The notes beneath the pieces are model-generated. The model had not been told where the DNA came from and made no database searches. It saw only the letters and a program-made list of their open reading frames with translations. A stretch of 60,902 bases of DNA, the filler included. It is 4 parts of 4 records of this genome, joined end to end, with 100 filler letters (N's around TTAATTAATTAA, not from the genome) between each part and the next. Parts side by side here need not be neighbours in the genome. Positions count along the whole stretch, not along the records: positions 41,012 to 53,564 come from DRR378314_2707; 3 more parts are not named here. One strand, written 5' to 3'. The position numbers and the translations under genes were made by a program. This document shows, piece after piece, positions 41,396 to 50,896 of this stretch (position 1 is the stretch's first letter; every line of letters begins with the position of its first letter).

Positions 41396-43254
41396 CAGGC
41401 CTCTGCCACCTCCAGTTTTTCCAGCGCCTTCATCCACAGGGCTTCTGCCCGATCCAGCGCGTCCATGCATTCGGCGTGTTTCTTCTGCCAGACCGCCCGG
41501 TCACCGGCGCGGCTCGACTCGTAGAGCTCCGGATCGGCGAGCTTCTCGTCTAGCTTGTCCTGCATCTCGGTCAGTTTCTCGATGCGGGCCTCGGCCTTGC
41601 GGACCTCGTTGCGCAGGGCAAGGATCTGATCGCGGCTGGCGCGTTTGGGTTTCGGCTTCGACGCGGCTTTGGTATCGGCTTTGCGCGCGGGCTTGTCGCG
41701 CATCAGCAGCATCTCGCGATAGCTGTCGAGATCGCCGTCATAGGGCGCCACGGTGCCGCCGGACACCAGCCAGAGCCGATCCGCCACCATGCTCAGCAAA
41801 TGCATGTCGTGGCTGACCAGAATGACCGCGCCGCTATAGGCGGTGAGCGCCTCGACCAGCGCCTCGCGGCTTTCGATGTCGAGGTGGTTGGTCGGCTCGT
41901 CGAGAATCAGCATATGGGGGGCGTCGAGCGTCGCCAAGAGCAGGCTGAGGCGGGCCTTTTGGCCACCGGACAATTTGCCAACCGGGGTTTCGACCTGCGC
42001 GGCCAGCAGGCCGAAGCCAGCCAGACGGGTGCGCCATTTGCCGGGGGCCTCATGCGGGCGCAGGCGACGCAGGTGATCGATGGGGGTCTCGTCCACATAC
42101 AGCTCGTCCACCTGATGCTGGGCGAAATAGCCGATGCGCAACTTGGAGGAGCGCACCATCTTGCCCGCCATCAGGGGCAGCCGGTCCGATAGCAGTTTCG
42201 ACAGGGTGGATTTGCCCTGACCGTTCTTGCCCAGCAGCGCGATGCGGTCGTCCTGGTCGATGCGCAGATCGAGCCGGTTCAGCACCTCGGTCTCGCCATA
42301 GCCGGTGACACCACCCTCGATCTGGATGATGGGGGGCGACATCTCTTCCGGTTCCGGGAAGGTGAATGCGCGCAGGGCGGCCTCCTGCGGTGTCGAGATC
42401 GGTTTCATCTTCTCGATCATCTTTAGACGCGACTGGGCTTGTTTCGCCTTGGAGGCCTTGGCGCGGAAACGATCAACAAAGCTTTGCAGGTGGGCGCGGC
42501 GGGTGTCTTGTTTGCGGGCCTCGGATTGCGCGGCAAGGATCCGCGCGGCGCGGGTTTCCGCGAAGGTATCGTAAGGGCCCTGATAGAGCGTCAGCTTGCG
42601 ATCCTCCAGATGCAGGATCGCCCCCACCGCCCGATTGAGCAGCCCGCGGTCGTGCGACACGATCAACACCGTATGCGGGTAGCGGGCGATATAGCTTTCG
42701 AGCCAAAGCGCGCCTTCGAGGTCGAGGTAGTTGGTCGGTTCGTCGAGCAGCAGGAAGTCGGGCTGCGCGAACAGCACGGCCGCCAGCGCCACGCGCATGC
42801 GCCAACCGCCGGAGAAATCCGAACAGGGGCGTTGCTGGTCTTCGTTGTCAAACCCAAGACCCTTGAGGATCGAGGCGGCGCGCGCCTCGGCGGACCAGGC
42901 GTCGATATCGGCCAGACGGGTCTGGATCTCGGCAATCCGGGTGCCGTCGGTTTCGGTCTCCGACGCCGTCATCAGCGCGGCGCGTTCGGTGTCTGCCGCC
43001 AGCACCGTGTCGATCAGTGAGGTCGAAGAGGAGGGCACCTCCTGCGCGACACCGCCGATGCGGGCCTGTGTCGGCATGGAAACGGAACCGGACTCCAGCA
43101 CCAATTCGCCGCGGATCAGGCGGAAGAGGGTGGATTTGCCGGTGCCGTTGCGGCCGACGACGCCGACCTTGTGGCCGGTGGGAATGGTGGCGGAGGCCTC
43201 CTCGATCAGAGGGCGGCCTTCGACGGAATAGGTTATGTTGTCAATCCTGAGCAT
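41395..43254 (-). CDS. ABC-F family ATPase (YheS-like)
   Basis: GRNGTGKST, FSGGWRMR, RFRAKASKAKQAQSR, C-terminal coiled coil. Confidence 0.92.
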   Translation of the reverse strand: MLRIDNITYSVEGRPLIEEASATIPTGHKVGVVGRNGTGKSTLFRLIRGELVLESGSVSMPTQARIGGVAQEVPSSSTSLIDTVLAADTERAALMTASETETDGTRIAEIQTRLADIDAWSAEARAASILKGLGFDNEDQQRPCSDFSGGWRMRVALAAVLFAQPDFLLLDEPTNYLDLEGALWLESYIARYPHTVLIVSHDRGLLNRAVGAILHLEDRKLTLYQGPYDTFAETRAARILAAQSEARKQDTRRAHLQSFVDRFRAKASKAKQAQSRLKMIEKMKPISTPQEAALRAFTFPEPEEMSPPIIQIEGGVTGYGETEVLNRLDLRIDQDDRIALLGKNGQGKSTLSKLLSDRLPLMAGKMVRSSKLRIGYFAQHQVDELYVDETPIDHLRRLRPHEAPGKWRTRLAGFGLLAAQVETPVGKLSGGQKARLSLLLATLDAPHMLILDEPTNHLDIESREALVEALTAYSGAVILVSHDMHLLSMVADRLWLVSGGTVAPYDGDLDSYREMLLMRDKPARKADTKAASKPKPKRASRDQILALRNEVRKAEARIEKLTEMQDKLDEKLADPELYESSRAGDRAVWQKKHAECMDALDRAEALWMKALEKLEVAEA

Positions 43255-43437
43255 GGGCTCTCTCATGTCGAAACCCGCGAAGGGGGTCAATGACTATCCG
43301 CAGGGTAGGGTGCGAACACTCTACCAGAGCCCTTGGTCTGTGCCGCGCGCGTGATAGGCTCGGTTTTATTTGCAGGTGTCTCCGGGGCGGATCACGCGTC
43401 GCGGGACAGAGGGTCATCGGGGCCGGGGGATTTTGAC

Positions 43438-45027
43438 ATGCGCAGATTGATTATCTGTTGTGACGGGACGTGGAACACCGCGGATCAGCACAACGACGGA
43501 ATGCCAACGCCGACCAATGTGGCAAAGCTGCATTCGCTGGTGGCGGCGCATGATGGCCAGGGTGTTGAGCAGATCGCATACTACCGCACGGGTGTTGGCA
43601 CGTCGGGTGGTGTCTTTCGTCGCGCATTGGGTGGAGCCATTGGTCTGCGGCTCGAAGATGACATCATGAGCGCCTACAAGTTCCTGGCCGAAACCTACGC
43701 ACCGGGGGACGACGTTTTTCTGTTCGGGTTCAGCCGAGGGGCCTATGCGGTGCGCAGTCTCGCGGGGATGGTGTCCAACGTCGGGCTGGCGGATCTGCGA
43801 CCGGATTACCTGTCGCCCTATGAAGACCCCTGGCAGGTGGTGAAACGTCTGATGGAGCGATACCAGTCGCGCAAGGCGGGTGCGGGCAAGACGGCGCTGC
43901 AGGAGGCCTTGCTGCAGGATCGCCCCATAGGAGTGGTGAAGTTCCATGACCCGGCGCAGGTTGGGTTCCGCTTTGTCGGGGTGTGGGACACTGTTGGCGC
44001 GCTGGGTATCCCGGACGACAAGGGGCTGTTGCGGCTGATCCTCGGGGATCCGCGCAAGCACGGGTTCCGCGATACCGAATTGGGCGGCAATGTCAGCTGC
44101 GCCCGACAGGCGCTGGCCATGGACGAACGGCGCAAGGACTTCACACCTACGCTCTGGACCAAATGGGGCGCGGGGCAGGATGTGCAGCAACGCTGGTTTC
44201 CCGGCGTGCATGGCGATGTGGGGGGCGGATATGCCGATTGTCGCCTAGGGGACCTGACGCTGGAGTGGATGATACGGGAAGCACAGGCCAATGGTCTGGG
44301 GATACGCGAGATTGCGCCGGGACAGTTGACTCCCGATGCCTTCGCTCTGCGACATACATCCTATCTGGGGTGGTTTCGCTTTCGCCCGACGCGACCGCGC
44401 GCCGTGCCGGAGCTGTTGGATGATGCGTCCAGTATTGCAGACCGGATCAGCCGCACCTGCTTTGACCCGTCGGTGATCGCGCGTCATCGCACACCGCCAC
44501 CGGGGGAGCGCAGCTACTGGCCTACGCATGTGCTGGCGCCCGGTGCCCTCCATACGACATGGGTCAGTGCCCGGCCACGCTGGACTTCGACCGGGCTCTA
44601 TCTGGAACGCGGTGTCACCTACAATGTCAGGGCCGAGGGAGAGTGGCTGGACGCGTCGGTCCCTGCCACCGCTGATGGAGCCCGGGCGGGTGTGTATCTG
44701 GGAAAGCTGGCCTATTGGCTTGCGACACTGCCGGAGGCGCTGCGCGCAGCGCTGCGGCGGATCAAGCGGCTGCAGAAGGCGGATGTGCCCTTTACCCGGC
44801 GTGTGGAGGGCGCGCCCTGGTTTGCGCTGATTGGCGTGATCGCAAACGGGCAGGGCGCCAGTGAATATGGCGGCGGCGTAGAGGATCACGAGGTCCACGT
44901 GCTGGGACGAGAGATGTCCTTTACCGCGCAGGAGAGTGGCTATCTCCATCTTTATGCCAATGACGCCTGGGTGATGTATCGCAATAACGCAGGCACGCTG
45001 CGGGTGGAGATCGCACGCAGGCCGTGA
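43438..45027 (+). CDS. DUF2235 (Tle1-like alpha/beta hydrolase) with C-terminal beta-sandwich
   Basis: IICCDGTWN, TNVAKL, FGFSRGA, GVWDTVG, WFPGVHGDVGGG. Confidence 0.88.
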   Translation: MRRLIICCDGTWNTADQHNDGMPTPTNVAKLHSLVAAHDGQGVEQIAYYRTGVGTSGGVFRRALGGAIGLRLEDDIMSAYKFLAETYAPGDDVFLFGFSRGAYAVRSLAGMVSNVGLADLRPDYLSPYEDPWQVVKRLMERYQSRKAGAGKTALQEALLQDRPIGVVKFHDPAQVGFRFVGVWDTVGALGIPDDKGLLRLILGDPRKHGFRDTELGGNVSCARQALAMDERRKDFTPTLWTKWGAGQDVQQRWFPGVHGDVGGGYADCRLGDLTLEWMIREAQANGLGIREIAPGQLTPDAFALRHTSYLGWFRFRPTRPRAVPELLDDASSIADRISRTCFDPSVIARHRTPPPGERSYWPTHVLAPGALHTTWVSARPRWTSTGLYLERGVTYNVRAEGEWLDASVPATADGARAGVYLGKLAYWLATLPEALRAALRRIKRLQKADVPFTRRVEGAPWFALIGVIANGQGASEYGGGVEDHEVHVLGREMSFTAQESGYLHLYANDAWVMYRNNAGTLRVEIARRP

Positions 45028-45181
45028 TGGCTCTGGGAAGGCCCTGCAGGTTGTTCGTAATCGGGCTATTTGCTTGTATCCCGCCAGAGGACGGGGTTCA
45101 CTGCACCCAGATTGAGAGATGTAGATTTGCTGTGAACGCCGTCGCGACTTGTGTCGCGGCTCTGTCTGGCCGGGAATTGGA

Positions 45182-46402
45182 ATGACTGTCACGATATTGC
45201 GCCCCGCACAGACGCCGCCCTCCTTGATGACGCTGATCTTTGGCACGGCACTTTCGGTGTTGTCGCTGAATATGTTTCTGCCCTCACTGCCGGGGATCGC
45301 GGCTGCCTTTGATGCGGACTATGGCCTCGCCAACCTCTCGGTGGCAGGATATCTCGCGATCTCCGCCGTTCTCCAGATCCTGATGGGGCCTCTATCCGAC
45401 CTCTATGGTCGCCGCCGGATCATGCTGATTTGCTGTGCGCTGTTTGTTGTGGCCTCCATTGGCTGCGCACTGGCGAGCAACATCTGGGTGTTTCTCGGAT
45501 TCCGTCTGCTACAGGGGGCGATCATCAGCGGACAGGTGATTTCGCGTGCGGTGATCCGGGATATGTATCCTCCAAGTGAGGCCGCAAGCAAACTCGGTTA
45601 CATGGCCATGGTTATGGCGCTGGCCCCGATGACCGGTCCGATGATTGGCGGCGCGCTCGACATGGCGTTCGGCTGGCGCTCCGGGTTCTGGCTTTATACC
45701 GCGCTGGGCGTGATCGTGCTGCTGCTGACCTGGGGGGACATGGGAGAGACCAACACCTCCCGCTCTGCCACCTTCCGGGCACAGATGCGGCTTTATCCGG
45801 GATTGTTCTCCTCGCGTCGGTTCTGGGGCTACTCTGCCTGCGTCGCATTTTCCATCGGGGGATTTTATTCCTTTGTAACCGGGGCGCCGATGGTCGCTGC
45901 CGCCTGGTTTGATCTGAGCCCGGCCATGGTGGGACTGGGCATCGGTATCATCACCTGCGGCTTCATGGTGGGGAATTTCATTACCGGACGATTGGCGCAA
46001 CGGGTGCGACTGTTGACGCTTATCCTGATCGGGCGGGTGATCTCCTGTGTGGGTCCGGCGCTGGGTCTTGGCCTGTTCTGGGGCGGGCAGGGCAGCGAAT
46101 GGGTCTTTTTCGGCTCTGCGATCTGTGTCGGACTTGGCAACGGGCTGACCATCGCCAATGCCAGCGCGGGCCTGATGTCGGTGCGCCCGGATCTGGCAGG
46201 CAGTGCGGCGGGGCTGTCGGGCGCGATGACCGTTGCGCTGGGCGCAGCGCTGACCACCGCGACGGGGCTGCTGGTCCAGCCGGACACTGCGCCGTTTGTG
46301 GTGCTGGGGATCATGCTGACGGCAAGCGTCCTTGCGCTGATCTCCGCCGTCTACGTCCACATCGTCGACATCGCGGATCCGCTGGAACCGGCAAAACCCT
46401 GA
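45182..46402 (+). CDS. Bcr/CflA family multidrug MFS transporter
   Basis: NMFLPSLP, GPLSDLYGRR, RAVIRD, FGWRS. Confidence 0.9.
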   Translation: MTVTILRPAQTPPSLMTLIFGTALSVLSLNMFLPSLPGIAAAFDADYGLANLSVAGYLAISAVLQILMGPLSDLYGRRRIMLICCALFVVASIGCALASNIWVFLGFRLLQGAIISGQVISRAVIRDMYPPSEAASKLGYMAMVMALAPMTGPMIGGALDMAFGWRSGFWLYTALGVIVLLLTWGDMGETNTSRSATFRAQMRLYPGLFSSRRFWGYSACVAFSIGGFYSFVTGAPMVAAAWFDLSPAMVGLGIGIITCGFMVGNFITGRLAQRVRLLTLILIGRVISCVGPALGLGLFWGGQGSEWVFFGSAICVGLGNGLTIANASAGLMSVRPDLAGSAAGLSGAMTVALGAALTTATGLLVQPDTAPFVVLGIMLTASVLALISAVYVHIVDIADPLEPAKP

Positions 46403-46558
46403 GCCGCGCAAGGCGGGCGTGTTTTGCTCTGGTGCTGGCCACAAGCCCCTTCCCATGCGCCACCAGCCGTGCTACCCGGCGCCAGATCGTTGCGGCAGGC
46501 CAAGACCCGGCGCCGCGACACCTAATTGACATGTGAATTCCACGAAGGAGATCGCCTG

Positions 46559-46981
46559 ATGGCACTGGAACGCACCTTTTCGATCATCAAGCCCGATGCA
46601 ACCCGCCGCAACCTGACTGGCGCGATCAACGCCAAGTTCGAAGAAGCCGGCCTGCGCATTGTTGCGCAAAAGCGCATCCAAATGACCAAAGCACAAGCTG
46701 GCAAGTTCTACGAAGTGCACGCAGAGCGTCCCTTCTACGACGAGCTGTGCGACTTCATGTGCTCCGCTCCGGTGGTTGTGCAGGTTCTCGAAGGTGAAGG
46801 TGCCATCGCGAAAAACCGCGAAATCATGGGCGCAACCAACCCGGCAGACGCAGCGCCCGGCACCATCCGTGCCGAGTTCGCGGAATCTGTTGGTGAGAAC
46901 TCCGTGCACGGGTCCGACGCGCCGGAAACCGCAGCCGTAGAAATCGCTTACTTCTTCGCCGGTCTCGAGCTGGTGGGCTAA
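46559..46981 (+). CDS. ndk: Nucleoside diphosphate kinase
   Basis: [17 protein letters not shown]. Confidence 0.98.
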   Translation: MALERTFSIIKPDATRRNLTGAINAKFEEAGLRIVAQKRIQMTKAQAGKFYEVHAERPFYDELCDFMCSAPVVVQVLEGEGAIAKNREIMGATNPADAAPGTIRAEFAESVGENSVHGSDAPETAAVEIAYFFAGLELVG

Positions 46982-47043
46982 GCCTTCCGCTTGTGAAAAA
47001 TTGATGGATGGGGCGCGTTCTGTGCTTAACCATTCTGAAATTG

Positions 47044-47077
47044 AAGAGCCGTCGCGTTTCAGACGCGGCGGCTTTTT
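47044..47077. terminator. Intrinsic terminator after ndk
   Basis: GAGCCGTCGCGT...ACGCGGCGGCT-TTTT. Confidence 0.75.
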
Positions 47078-47095
47078 CGTTGCGCCGTGCTGCAC

Positions 47096-47431
47096 TCAGT
47101 CCGGGCGTCGCTCGATCACACCGATTTCATCCAGAATGGAATCCAGCGCCGAGCGACCGCTGTCAAAGCAAGACGCCTTGATCGCATCAAATCGCTTGCG
47201 TAGCGCTTTCTTCTCCTCGCCTTTGCAATCGTTCCAGGGGCGTCCCTGCAAGGCCATGACCAGGACGTAATACCCAATGAAATGCGGCTTGCTACCTGAT
47301 TTCAGTAGCTTGCCATAGGCCGCGTCCGCTCCGAGGGCGTGCAGCGCCTCGGCGGAGTGGATGCCAGCGCGGGCGCAGGCGACCTCATAGGCCGGACCGA
47401 GGTTTCGGATGGAAGAGACGGGTGTGGTCAT
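47096..47431 (-). CDS. TfoX/Sxy C-terminal domain protein
   Basis: IRNLGP...AGIHSAEAL..LGADAAY...ALQGRPW. Confidence 0.8.
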   Translation of the reverse strand: MTTPVSSIRNLGPAYEVACARAGIHSAEALHALGADAAYGKLLKSGSKPHFIGYYVLVMALQGRPWNDCKGEEKKALRKRFDAIKASCFDSGRSALDSILDEIGVIERRPD

Positions 47432-47768
47432 GGTCTAGTTCTAATCTGATTGGACATCTGCGTCAGCCCCGAAACGCATGGCTGGCGTCGCTGAAGGTGT
47501 TGTGGTGCGTTCAGTCAGCAGTGGTGGATCTTGGTTAATGATTTCAGTCATTTGGAGTGATGGTTGGTTAACGTATGTTAGGCCCCTGCATGGGGAACAA
47601 TGTTACCTAGAAGTTCAATTAATTTGTGACCCTCGGTGGGGCCAGGCCTATCCCAAAGGCAGCGCCCTATCCTTTTGCAAGAGGCACGGAGACCGATGGA
47701 TAGGGGACGGCGCAATGACAGATGGCATACGTTTGTACACATCGGAATACCAAGCAAAAGAGGTTCCA

Positions 47769-49070
47769 ATGCTGCATCCCATCATTCTCGCCGGTAACGC
47801 GCATCCGCCCAGTGACCGTCAGGCGGGGGAAGGTCCGATGCATTTTGAACGTGCGCCCGGCGTTTCCAGCCGTTTTGAACAGGTTGTCGGGCATTTGTCC
47901 GGCGACGTCTTCGCGGCGCCGGTGGTCGTAGCAACGCAGGAGTGTGCGACTGTGGTAGTGGCACAAACCGATGGAAGCGATCACGCCCGGATCATTCTGG
48001 AGCCGGATGCGCACAAACCGGCAGCGGCGCTGTTGAGCGCAGTCCTGTCCTTGCGACACACACCTGATGCGCTTGTGGTCGTGGTACCGGCGTCAGCGAA
48101 TCTCGAGGATCAACGGGCGCTTGATACGGCGCTGTGTCACGCAATCCCTGCGGCGCAGCGGGGAGATGTGGTGATGCTGGGTCATCGCACCGGACGGGCC
48201 TATCCCGGTTTCGGCGTGATGGAGATCGCAGACCAGCCGCGTGACACCGCCCCGGTTTCCGTCAGCCGGCTTTTGGCCTCCGGGCGGCAGACGACCTTGT
48301 CTCATCTGTTGCAGGGCAATCACCAGCTCTGGGGGCTGGGTATCTACATTGCGCGGGTGGATGTGCTGATTGCAGCCTTCAAGCGCCACGCGAGCCGTCT
48401 GTTTCTCCCGGTCAAGAATGCCCTGTTGCGGGCCGCCACAGCGGGTCGGGCCATCTACCTCGACAACAGTAGCTATCAGCGCGTCAAATGCGTGAGCTTC
48501 GAGCGCGCCGTGGCGCAGAAACTGGAGCATGTCTCGGCGATCCAGATGGATACGTCCTGGACTGAGTTGAGCGATTGGGACCGGGACACGGTAGCAGATC
48601 GCGAGATGTTGGCCTGGGACACAGATCTCGCGCAGGAACGGGCAGGGGGACATTCTCACACTGCGGAGATGATATCTGTCTACAAGAGCCTTGCCAGCGC
48701 CTCAGAAGACGATGCACTGGCGTCCCGCTCATCCGAGCACCAGTGGGGCCGTCACGAAACACTTGCCATGGGGCCGGGTTTCACTTTGCAACGACTGACG
48801 GTGCAGCCGGGCGCACAGGTAGAACTGAGCGCAGGTGCGGGCGCTGCGGAGCATTGGATTGTTGTGCAGGGAGCGGCGCTGATTACGCTGGGCGGGCATG
48901 TCAGGCTTGTGTGGGAAAGCCAGAGCGCGCGCATTCCCGCGGGACGAACACGTATGATCGAGAACCCCGGCTCAGGCACATTGCACCTCGTGCAATTGCA
49001 AATCTCGTCGCTCAGCGAACAGATTGACCATATCAAGAAGGTTTCCGTTTCCCCCGCCGGAGTTGCATAG
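47769..49070 (+). CDS. Degenerate mannose-1-P guanylyltransferase/PMI (ManC-like) protein
   Basis: PIILAG, IILEP, EHWIVVQG, IENPG scaffold retained; catalytic motifs lost. Confidence 0.75.
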   Translation: MLHPIILAGNAHPPSDRQAGEGPMHFERAPGVSSRFEQVVGHLSGDVFAAPVVVATQECATVVVAQTDGSDHARIILEPDAHKPAAALLSAVLSLRHTPDALVVVVPASANLEDQRALDTALCHAIPAAQRGDVVMLGHRTGRAYPGFGVMEIADQPRDTAPVSVSRLLASGRQTTLSHLLQGNHQLWGLGIYIARVDVLIAAFKRHASRLFLPVKNALLRAATAGRAIYLDNSSYQRVKCVSFERAVAQKLEHVSAIQMDTSWTELSDWDRDTVADREMLAWDTDLAQERAGGHSHTAEMISVYKSLASASEDDALASRSSEHQWGRHETLAMGPGFTLQRLTVQPGAQVELSAGAGAAEHWIVVQGAALITLGGHVRLVWESQSARIPAGRTRMIENPGSGTLHLVQLQISSLSEQIDHIKKVSVSPAGVA

Positions 49071-49100
49071 TCCCCCTCCATTCAGGCAACACCGGCATTT

Positions 49101-49130
49101 TGACGTCCCGCGCGCCCACGCGGGACGTCA
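49101..49130. terminator. Hairpin between convergent genes
   Basis: TGACGTCCCGCG-N6-CGCGGGACGTCA. Confidence 0.6.
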
Positions 49131-49421
49131 TCTTTCATTAAACTGGGGCGTTTGATCCAGCCGCGAAAATCGGCACGGAGAACCAGCACAGTAAACCACA
49201 CGGACAACCATCTGGGTGATTGGCTCTTGGGGAGGAGCTTTCGGAGGCCGCACGGGAGGAAAACTCTGTCTCAACCGGGCTAAAAGATGGGGGATTTGCG
49301 CGCAGGCTGGCGAGGTTGCACGACGCCTTTGAGCTGCTCTCTGGCCATTCGGCGATCCCGGCAAGACCCGCAGCGACCGAGCTCCTGTAGGTGGTCATTT
49401 CGTCCCGGAAAGGAGAGGGCG

Positions 49422-50036
49422 TCAGAACAGGCCAGCTTCCTTTGCCGTCATCGCGGCCTGGGTGCGGTTCTTGGCATTAAGCTTGCGGCACAGGGTGCGT
49501 ACATGCAGCTTGATCGTGACTTCCTGCAAATTCAGATCGCGGGCGATTTCCTTGTTGGATTGGCCCTGGCACAGGCCACTGAGAACCTCGACTTCGCGCG
49601 GGCTGAGTTGGGCAAGCAGTGGGTGCGCGGGCGCAGAAGCCTCTTCGCGCATCAGTTCGACAGGCACGTAGATCTCACCGGCGCTCATGAAACGAACAGC
49701 GTTCAACAGCGATTGTGCCCCCATCGTCTTGGGGATAAAGCCAATGGCGCCTGCGTCCAGCGCGTCCTGTGCGGTGCGAGTTGGGGCGCTGCCCGAGAGG
49801 ATGGCAACGCCGCGACCGCCGTTTGCTTTCAGGGCACGTTGCAAGCCGTCAAGACCGTTCATACCCGGCATATTGTAATCGAGAAGGACGAGATCGAATG
49901 GACCGTGGTCGTCGAGCTCTTGCATGGCTCGATGCAAGTCCGTGGTGGCCGTGATCTCCGCTCCACCTTCCGAGGTAAGATATGCGGAAATGGTATCACG
50001 TACCATGTCGTGATCATCTGCGAGGAGAATACGCAT
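49422..50036 (-). CDS. NarL/LuxR family response regulator
   Basis: LLADDH, LLDYNMPG, LSPRE..GQSNKEIAR..TIKLHV. Confidence 0.94.
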   Translation of the reverse strand: MRILLADDHDMVRDTISAYLTSEGGAEITATTDLHRAMQELDDHGPFDLVLLDYNMPGMNGLDGLQRALKANGGRGVAILSGSAPTRTAQDALDAGAIGFIPKTMGAQSLLNAVRFMSAGEIYVPVELMREEASAPAHPLLAQLSPREVEVLSGLCQGQSNKEIARDLNLQEVTIKLHVRTLCRKLNAKNRTQAAMTAKEAGLF

Positions 50037-50381
50037 GTCGCCGTTTAACCTGTTTTCACTGTTCCTGAACGAGCCTACAGGGCCAAACCTTTCCAATCCA
50101 TCAACTTTTGACGGTTTTTTTGACAGTGGGTGGTTTGCACCGCACGTTCTGATTGTTCCATATATTCCTGTACTGAGTGTCAACATCGGTAGGTACTGCA
50201 TGCGAAGGCAGCGAAATACGGCCACCCGGCGGCTATGAAAACGATATTCGTGAGGTCCTAGTTTACCGATCTTATACGAAAGTCTAGCAGACTATACACA
50301 GGCGCTCATGCCGTATTGGCCTGGATGTGCCAGTATCCCGGCAAGCCCGAGAGGGGTCGAAGCGAATATTGGAGACACATC

Positions 50382-50855
50382 ATGAAACGCCTTCTTGCCG
50401 CAGTTGTGGCATTGTTCACCCTTGCATTTTCCCTGCCCGTGATCGCCAGCGAGCAGGCCGTGGTTCTGACGGTTCGTGCCGGGGGAGATACCCATGAATT
50501 CTCGATCCGCGACCTGCGTGATCTCGGTGAGCGTGAAGTTGTCACCTCCACGATCTGGAGCGATGGCGAGCAAAGGTTTGTCGGGGTGTCGCTGGATCGG
50601 TTGCTGTCCCACGTAGGTGTCGACGAGGGCGCGCTCGAAGCGGCAGCGGTCAATGATTATGCCGTGGAAATTCCGATGTCGGATGTGCACGCAGATGGAC
50701 CTATTGTCGCCTACATGCGGAATGGCGAAATAATGTCTCTGCGAGACAAGGGCCCGCTTTGGGTGATCTATCCGTATGACAGCGGCGCAGAGTTTCGCAC
50801 CGAAGAAGTTTATTCGCGCAGCATTTGGCAGCTGAACAGGATAACAGTGAAATAA
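50382..50855 (+). CDS. Periplasmic molybdopterin-oxidoreductase-fold (PruR-like) protein
   Basis: Signal peptide; TSTIW, FVGVSL, AVNDYAVEIP, RDKGPLWVIYPYD, SIWQL. Confidence 0.75.
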   Translation: MKRLLAAVVALFTLAFSLPVIASEQAVVLTVRAGGDTHEFSIRDLRDLGEREVVTSTIWSDGEQRFVGVSLDRLLSHVGVDEGALEAAAVNDYAVEIPMSDVHADGPIVAYMRNGEIMSLRDKGPLWVIYPYDSGAEFRTEEVYSRSIWQLNRITVK

Positions 50856-50896
50856 TCGACCTCTCCGGAGGTTAACACTCAGGAGGTATCCGGCCT

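Noticed and set aside
38235..43254. Two ABC-F ATPase genes close together
   Set aside because: They are on different contigs, belong to different subfamilies and probably come from different organisms
49138..49398. 86-aa Ser-rich ORF downstream of the LuxR regulator
   Set aside because: No recognisable domain and a weak RBS; it could be real but cannot be supported here
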